IMG/VR virus record: IMGVR_UViG_3300047175_000146
Location: 1-62,811 of that record
Strand: one strand, 5' to 3'
From: a virus
Length of the DNA stretch: 62,811 nucleotides
Below the pieces are notes generated by a model. That model searched no databases. It saw nothing but the letters and a program-made list of their open reading frames with translations, and was not told the DNA's origin. Of this stretch, positions 18,371-27,300 are shown one piece after another. The translations under genes and the position numbers were made by a program. The stretch's first letter is position 1. Each line of letters opens with the position of its first letter.

Positions 18371-21300
18371 ATGGCCGCCGGCTGGATAGCGCAGGGTCCG
18401 CCTCAACCCGCGGGTCCCGCCAACGATGCGCCCGTGGGCAATGCGCCGCCCGGCAATACAATCGCCGGCGATTGGCAATTGGTGGGTCAGCCCGAGCCCT
18501 TGGATCCCACCGCGATCAAACCGGTCGCCAAGAACGCCATCGAGGACACGCGCTCGATCTACCAGCAGGCGCGGGATTTTGTCTTTGGCCACGATCCAGA
18601 CGCCGATGACACCGATCAGGTGCGAAAGCCGGGCGTGCTGCCCTCTATCGTGGCCGGCGCGCAAGACTTGGATCGCGGCACCAAGGACTTTGCCACCGCC
18701 GGCCCTGATTGGTCGACATTGGCCAAAGCCTACCCGCATATTCTGGCCGCCCAGGCCGAGCGGGTCGGTGCCGGTGTCCAAGAGGCGACGGGTGCGAGCC
18801 AGACCCAAAGCGCCGAGCTGCAAATCGCCGCGCTCAACGTACTGCCGCAGGCCGCGGCGCGCCTGAAATCCCAAGTGCCGGGCCAATCCGGCATCGTGCC
18901 GGTGGAACAACTCGCGCAAGATCCTCTGGTCGAGAAGACCGCCCGGGGTTTGGGGCTCGACCCGGTCGTGTTTGCGTCGCAATGGTCGCAGTACGCCGGC
19001 ATGAGTCCGGAGAAGCAGGCCGATGCCATGGCCGACGCTCAAGCCACATTGGCCGACGGTGCCAAGAACAAAGAGTTGGGCGCCAACTCGCGCTATCAGG
19101 CATGGGCGGACGAGAGGGCGTGGGAACCCTCCGACCTGCTCAATGGCAAGCTCGACCCCTGGACGTTGAAAAGCGTCGCCTTCAACACCGCGACCGCCTT
19201 GCCGGCAGTGGTGGCGACCGCCGGGGCGACTCTGGCCGGTAGCGCGGCGGGCGGCCCTGCCGGCGGTCTGATTGCCGGCGCCACGGTCGGCAGCGCGATT
19301 TTTGGTCCTCAAGGCTACGCCAACGCCAAGGACGCCATAGACGCACAGTCGAGCCGGCTGCTCGAAAAGGCGGATGAGCTTGATGCGGCGGCGCCGATCG
19401 GAAGCCGCCGCGCTTTGAATCCGGCCGCCGCTCTGTTACGCCAACAGGCGGCCGACCTGCAAGCCAGTTCCGACAAGATCGCGATGACCGCCGGCATGCT
19501 GACCGCCGTGGCGTCGGCCGCCGGTGGTGCGCCGCTATCCGCAGTGCTCGCGCGCGCGCCCGGTGGCCAAGCCATCCTCAACCGCATTGTCGGATCAGCC
19601 ATCGCTCAAACCGCCGGCGGCCGCGTGGCCGGCACGGCCATCGCCAACGGCGCCGGCGCCGTGGTGCAGGCCAGCCTGCAAAAGGCGATCGACGTCGGCA
19701 TCGTCCATGAGGATCAGTCGTTGGCCGATGCGCTCAAGGACATCGCCGCCGCAGGCGTCATCGGCGTCACCACCGCGCTTCCCATTGCCGGTGCGCACGA
19801 AATGCTCATTGGCGGCCCACGGGCACAAGCAAAGCGGGACTTCGACACCGAGCAGTTTGCCGCGCAGGCACAACGCATGGCGGCGGGCGGTGCGCTCGGC
19901 GGTGAGCCATCGGCTGCATCGCAGGAAGACTATCCGGGCTACCGCTGGGATCCAAACATCCCCAACGGTACCGATCGCAATGGCAATGCGGTTTACGGCC
20001 GCTTTGTGCCGACCGGGACGAATGGCGCGAACGCTGAGACGACAGCGGCTTTAACTGGACCGCAACAGCCAACCGGTGAGACGAATGCCGATGGCGGTGA
20101 ACCGCTGGGGGGTGCTGGTGGCGGCGGCGCGGCCGGTGCCAGGCAGGCCTATACCGACAAGATGACGGCGCTCAACACGGCCGCCGCCAAGGCTGAAAAG
20201 CGTTCCGACATCACGCTGCAGCCGGAGGAAGAAGGCTGGTCCATCCACGTCAACGGCGAACCGGTGGCCACGTTCGACACGGCCGCCAATGCGCGCGCGG
20301 CGTTGGCGAGTGCCAGAAAACTGGTCGGTACCGCGCCCAAAGTGAACCCGTCGTCGAGCGCATCTGCCGCAACGGCAGAGGCCGATACCGACCAAGGCCA
20401 GTCTGGCGCGCCTCAAGCGCAGACAGAATTCCCACAAAATCCCCCCTCCGAAGACGCCGCCGGCACTAACGCGCCCGCCAAACCCACCGCGGCCGCCCCT
20501 GCGTCGGGCGATGCGAATTTGGACGACCTCGAGCACACGCAGCAGATCGATGTACAGCCCGAGACCGATCGGCGCCAGGACACCGATTTGCGCGCGCGCT
20601 TCGATGCCATGACGCCGGAGCAGAAGTTCGCGGCCGCGTATGCGCACGAGCTGACCGGCATTCCAAACCGGCGCGCGTACGTCGATTCGCCCAAGAAGCC
20701 GGCGCAGGTGTCGATAGACGTCGACTCGCTCAAATGGGTCAACGACAACATGGGGCATCCGTCCGGCGATGCCTACTTAAAGGCGGTCGCCACCGCGCTG
20801 CATCAGGCGTCCGGCGGCAACGCCTATCACATCTCCGGCGATGAGTTCGTGGTGCAAGCCGACAGTCCTGAGCACGCGCAAGCCATCATGGCGGCCGCCA
20901 AGGCTCGCCTCGCCGATGCGACGCTGACTTTCGAGCACCCGGACGGGCGCACCATCACCTTGAAAGGGATAGGAGTCTCGCATGGCACAGGCCAATCTCT
21001 TGAAGAAGCCGATTCCCGGCTCGCTCAAAACAAAGCAGACCGGGAGCAATCCGGCCTCCGCGCAGGTCGCGGCAGCGAACCGCCAGGAACAAGTCGCGGG
21101 TCTGCTCAAGCAGGGTTACCAGCTGAAGAGCGTGGGCCTGCCACCGGCGGCGGACTATCAGGTGGCCGGCAGACCGAAGTCCTAGGCCAGCGCGTCCAAG
21201 CGCCAGCGGTCCCCACCCAGGCACAAGCCGCCGCCGGCAATTACTTCAAACCGACGGTCGAATGGCACGGCCTGCCGATCAAGATCGAAAACGAGCCGGG

Positions 21301-24300
21301 TTCGCAGCGCTCCTTCACCTATCCCAACGGCAATCCGGGGCAACGCACCATGCTCGCCCACTACGGCTATTTTCCCGGCCGTGAAGGCGCTGATGGCGAT
21401 GGCGTCGATGTGTATATCGGGCCTGCCAAGAGCGCGGACAGCGGCAAGGCCTATGTCATCGATCAGTTGCGGCCAGAAGGTGGCGCGTTCGATGAGCACA
21501 AGGTCGTGGTAGGCGTCGGCAGTGCCAAGCAGGCCAAAGAACTCTACCTCAAGCACTACCAGGAAGGTTGGCAGGGGTTCGGCGCGATCACGGCCATGGA
21601 TCACGAGGCCTTGGCCGACTGGCTCGCGCACGGCGATCTAACCCAGCCGGTCGCCTGGAAACCAGTCATCGAGCGTGGCCAGGGGCCCGATGCCCGCTAC
21701 GACTCCATTCTCGAATATCTCGCCCGCCACAAGCGGGGTCTCGACAGCACGGAGGCCGAAGCTCAGGGGATCGATCCGGCCGACATGAAGCTCGCCGCGG
21801 CGCACGTCGGGATACGGCGCGCTTTCCGCAAGGGCGGCATGGGCTTCGATCAGGCTGCTGAACATCTCCATGAGGAAGGGTATCCGGTCACGGATGAGCA
21901 CGGCAACTACTCGCCCAATGTGCTGCTCGAGCGCCTGGCGGACGAGCTCGCCGGCATCAAGCATTTCTCGAGCCATAACCAGACGCACACCGAGGAACTG
22001 GCGCGCGCCGAGCACGAGCGCATCGTCAACGTGCAGGCGGAACTCTCGCAGCGGCAGATCGACCGCTTGAGCGCCGAGCAGATCGAGGCACGCATGGCCG
22101 CGCTCGAAGCGGAGCAGGAGCGGCTTGCGATCCAAGCCGAACGGACCGCAGGCGACGCCGAGGACATGAATTCCATCCCGTTCTCCAAGCGTCAGCGGGA
22201 CCTTTTCGGCGAGCAAAATCACGTCAAGAACGAGATCAAGAAGCTTCAGATCGCCAAAGACAAGAAACGCAACAGCGGCCAGGAATCTCTCGAGACCGGG
22301 CGCCCGGATGACCTGTTCAGCCAGGCACGCCAGCAGATGGACCTGACCGACATCAAGGAGCCACCGACCGAGTACGCGCTCGCCGACAAGGCGAGCAAAA
22401 GGCCGATCAGCAACCAGTTGGATATTTTTGCCCCACGCGCGGTGACGCCGGCGGCCGCGGCGGTCAAGAAATCGGCCGCCATCTTGAGCCAGAAAACCAA
22501 ACTGGTGACGGTCGGCACGTTCCGCTCAGGACACGACAAAATAACCACTTGGCAGCAAGCCGCGCACGTGCTCGCGCCGCTGCGCAAAGGATCGCAGGAA
22601 ACCATGGCGGTTCTGGTCCTCGACAAGAACGGCAAACCGCTGTCGGTGATCCGCGGCGGCATGGGCACGATCAATGGCGCGAGCGTCGAGTACTGGTCAT
22701 TGAGCGGCGCGGTGGCTTCGATCCCAGGCGCTGATTCGGTGTATTTGGTTCACAACCATCCGTCCGGTTCGCTGGTTCAAGGAGAGGCCGACAACACGGC
22801 GACCGCCAAACTGACCGATCTGCTCGATGCCATGGGGCTCAAAACGCACGGCATGATCGTGCTGACGCCGAATGGCGCTAAAGCGTCCTTCGTTCCCTCC
22901 GATCCCAACCTGTTGGGTCACCAAGGTATACCGGGCGAGGTGGCGCCGGGCGGTAAGACGCGCGCGTTGGTGCCGGTTGCCGAACGGCGCTACGCCGCCG
23001 GCAACCGGCAAACAGGGCTGCCAGAAGGGGTGATTGGAACGCAATTGGCCAATCCCCGTGGCACGCGCAAAGTCGTCGAAACCGTCGCGCAGCACACACC
23101 TTCCGGTGTGCTGCTGCTCAACAATCATTATCGCGTCGTGGGTTTGTTGCCGATGGCCGACGCCGCCAAAGCCGCGTTGCGCTTGGGTTCCGATAACACA
23201 GGAGCCTGGGATCTGCTGCGCGCGCTGCACGAAGCCAACGCCAACAACATCATTCCGTATGGTGTTTCCGAAGACGCAGTCAAAAACGTGGTGCGTTTTG
23301 CGCGCGCCGCGGCCCTGAATGCGCCGGATGCCTTCGTCAAAAACGCGACCGGCGCGTGGAACAGCATGCAGGAGTCCGGCTTCGCTCCCGCCGGCGACAC
23401 CTTCAAGCGCACCAAATCGCAGAGCGGCGTCGGCATGCCGGTGGCGGACGTCAAAGCCATCGTCGACAAATTGCTCGGGCATTTTCGCAACAACCCCACC
23501 GATGTGGTGGTGGTGCAAAGCGCCGCGGACCTCGACAAGATCCCTGAGCTCGCCGGGCGCACCGATCCGGACGCGATCGGCCTCTTGGATCCGCGCACCG
23601 GCAAGATCTACCTGGTCGCGGATGAGATGCACAGTCCCGAGCACGTGGCGCTTACCCTGGCGCACGAGTACGTCGTGCACTACGGCCTGCGGGCGCAGTT
23701 TGACGACCGTCAAAACGCCGAGTATCAGGCAATACTTTCCGGAGTATTCAAAGCCATGCCCGCCGAGGTGCGTGCCCGGTTCGAGCAGGCCTTCCCGGGC
23801 CAGGATTTTGCATCCTCGACCTTGAACCAACGGCTGGTGGCGGCGGAGGAAGCGCTGGCTTACGCCGAGGAGCGGTATGCCAACGGCGCGGACATCTCAA
23901 AGCCCGTCCAAGGATTGCTCGAGCGACTGTACACGCTGCTGCGCGATTGGCTGCGCAACAAGTTGGGGTTGGCGCCTAAATTCGACAGCCTGTTCGTCCG
24001 CCGCACGCTCGATGACCTGCGCACGTTTTTGAAGAACTCCCGCAATCGTCCTGAATCGCAGCGCAGTGATGAAGCGCCGGCGGCCGCCAAGCCCCAAGAC
24101 ACGTTCTATTCCGCGCTCGCGCGCGCGGTGGATGCGGCAAAGCGGGACAAAGGCACCGGGCCTGAGTGGGAAGCCACGTTGCGCAACATGACGGGCGTCA
24201 AGGCCGAAGAGATGCAATGGCTGGGATTGAAGGATTGGCTTGCGGGCCGCGGCCGCGTGACCAAGCAGGAAGTTGCCGAGTATGTACACGCTCATCGGGT

Positions 24301-27300
24301 GCAACTGGGTGAAGTGAGGTATGGCGGTAACGACCAGCGCGACGTGTACCTCAACGAGATCCGCTCGCACGGGTTTGATGTCACTGAAGAGTCCGGCGGG
24401 CATCCGAGATTGATTTTTCCGGAAGATTGGGAAGAGGAAGACCCACCGCCGGCCGTCACGCGCGCGTATCACGAACTCGAAGATTTGATGGCGGGCGGCG
24501 ATCCACCGCAGTACCAGGAATGGGCGACGCCGGGCGGGCAGAACTACCGCGAGATGCTCTTTACTTTGCAGAGCAAGCCTTACGGCGTGGATTTGCGCAA
24601 ATCGATCTTCGATAAGTACGAGCCGCGCATCAGACAGATGTACGACAAAGCGATGGACATCTCGCGCACCGACACGCAGGGCGACCTTGATCGTGCCGCC
24701 GCGGCGCGCGAGGTGGATCGTTTGAGAGATGAACGCAATATCGAGGCGGACCGAATCTTCACCGTGCCGGAGCCGTACATTTCGCCGCATTGGGAAGTCG
24801 ACAATGTGGTGGCGCATGCGCGCGCCGATGACCGCTTCGGTCCGCACGGCGAGCGCGTCTATCACATCCACGAGATCCAATCCGATTGGCATCAAGCGGG
24901 TCGAAAGCATGGTTACGTCAGCGGTTTCGATTTAGCCAGACTCAAGGCGGCCTCCGCAGGCGATCCAAGCAACAGGTTGAATCCTAACGCCCCGCCCGAC
25001 GCGCCGTTCAAAACCAGTTGGCCCGAGCTCGCCTTCAAGCACATGCTGCGCGAGGCGGTCGAGCGCGGCTATGACGCCATCTCTTGGGACACCGGTTCGA
25101 CCAACGCCGGGCGCTACAACATGCAGCGGGTGGCAGACAAGATCAGCGTCGCCATCACGCCCAACAAGGAACCGCCGGAATATCACGTGCGCGCCACCAA
25201 GGGTGGCACCGTCGTGCACCAATCCTCTGATTTGAACGAGGAGCAACTGGCGGAACTGTTGGGCAAAGACATGGCGCAAAAGGCGATCAGCCGCTTGGGC
25301 GTCGCCAACGCCGTGTCGACCGATTTTTTGGGCGATGACTTGAAAATCGGCGGCGCGGGCATGCGCGCGTTCTACGACGGCATCCTGCCCAAAAAGGTCA
25401 ACGCGCTGGTCAAGAAGTGGGGTGCGTCGGTCGAAGCGGCCACGCTACCGAGCAAACCGGGGGGTCGCGCGACGATCGAACAGATCGACGGCGGCCATTG
25501 GCGCGTCACCGACCGCGACGGCCGGCATTTCGAATTCGATGATTTCCGCGACGCGCGCGAGTTTCTGGCCGCGGAATCCAAACACAATGCCGCCGGGCCC
25601 GAGGGCGGCCTGCCCGTGCACCTGGTGCGCATCACGCCGGCCATGCGCGATTCGGTGCTCGAAGGTTTGCCGATGTTCAAGAAAAAGGGCAAGGGCAAAG
25701 GTGGTGCGCCGCCGGCCCCTCGAGCTCCTGGACCGATCCGCAAAGGCTATGAAGTCGCTCGCACCGTCGCGAGCTCGATCCCCAACAACGAATTCGTAAT
25801 GGCGTTTCGCCGCATCTTGGCGCCGGCCGGCGTCTCCGAGTTCTCCAGGTCCGCGGCGCTCCTCACGCGCGAGAACTTGGGCGAACTCGCCCAGGCCAAA
25901 ACCCAAGCGCTACACGACCTCGAAAGCTACGCCAAAGCCTTCGACCAGTTGCCCATTCCCGACCGCTATGACTTCATTGACGCCATGGAAACCGGCCAAT
26001 CGCAGCCGCATGCGCCCCTGCAGCGAGCCGCCGACACCATCCGCGGCATGCTCGATGACACGCGCGAGGAGGTGCAGGCTCTCGGCGTCGGGGCGCTCGA
26101 AAACTGGATCGAGAACTACTTCCCGCACATCTGGCAGGATCAAAAGGCGGCATCGAAAGTGTTCCGGCAGATCTTCGGCCGCCGGCCGCTCAAAGGGCCG
26201 GCATCGTTCTTGAAGCAGCGCACCATTCCGACCACGCGCGAGGGTTTGGAGAAGGGACTGCAGCCGATCTCGAGCAACCCTTTGATTCTCGCTTACGCCA
26301 AGATCGTCGAGATGAAGCGTTTCATTGCCGGCGTCAAGCTCATGCAGAAATTCAAGGATGAAGGCCTGGCCGTATTCTTGCCGGCGCACAAGATGATGCC
26401 GGAAGGCTGGGCCGAGATCGAAGATGCGGTTGGCCGGGTGCTGCAATGGAGTGAGGCGGAAGGCGGCTTCGTGATCCGCGGCAAGTACATCATGCCGCAG
26501 GATGCCGCGCGCGTGATCAACAACCACTTGAGCGCATCGGCGCTGGCGAACTTTTTGCCGGCGCAGCTGTTCCGGGTCGCCAGCAACGCCGTCAACGCGC
26601 TGCAGCTTGGCTTCTCAGGGTTTCACTTGGGGTTCACGACCTTGGACGCCATCGTTTCCAAGAACGCGCTCGGCATCGAACGATTGTTGCACGGTGAACC
26701 GGTCAGGGCGGCCGCAACGTTCCTCGAGGCCAACGGCGTGATCACGGGTCCCATCATGAACCTGGCGCGCGGTTACAAACTGCTGAAAGCGTATACCAAC
26801 ATCTCGGGGGCGACGCCGGAAATGCGTCAACTGGTCGAGGCGCTGCAGGCCGGCGGCGGGCGCGTGTCCATGGACATGTCGTTCGCCGCGGCACGTGGGA
26901 TTTCGCCGTTCAAGGGCACCGGTTTTGCAACGCTCGCGGGAGAGGTCAAAGGGGCGCTGACACTGCCGTCGGGACGCATGGCCGAGCTCGGCAAGGTCGT
27001 CGGCGGTTTCCCGCGCGAATATGCGACGCGCCTGTGGCGGGATTTGCAGGCCATGGTCCACGAGATGCAGTGGCCGATCCTGACCGTGCCGCTCGAGATC
27101 GCCGGGCGCATCACGCGCGCATCGACGTCGGTGATCATGGAGCACATCGTGCCGATGCAAAAGCTCGGCGTGTTTTCGGACCTCGCCAGCGACTGGCTGC
27201 GCCGCAACCCGCAAGCCGATCCGGTGGCCATGCACGAGGCCATGCAGCGCATCTGGGATTCGGTCGACAACCGCCTGGGCGAAATGGTCTACGACAACGT

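Noticed and set aside
17819-19312. 497-aa minus-strand ORF, together with similar long antisense ORFs at 3993..4859, 9365..10438, 10598..11593, 22697..23830, 23897..24910, 25910..26527 and 26615..27982
   Set aside because: These are shadow ORFs opposite long + strand genes in high-GC DNA, with Arg/Gly/Ala/Pro-rich junk-like sequences. The + strand frames carry recognisable domains.
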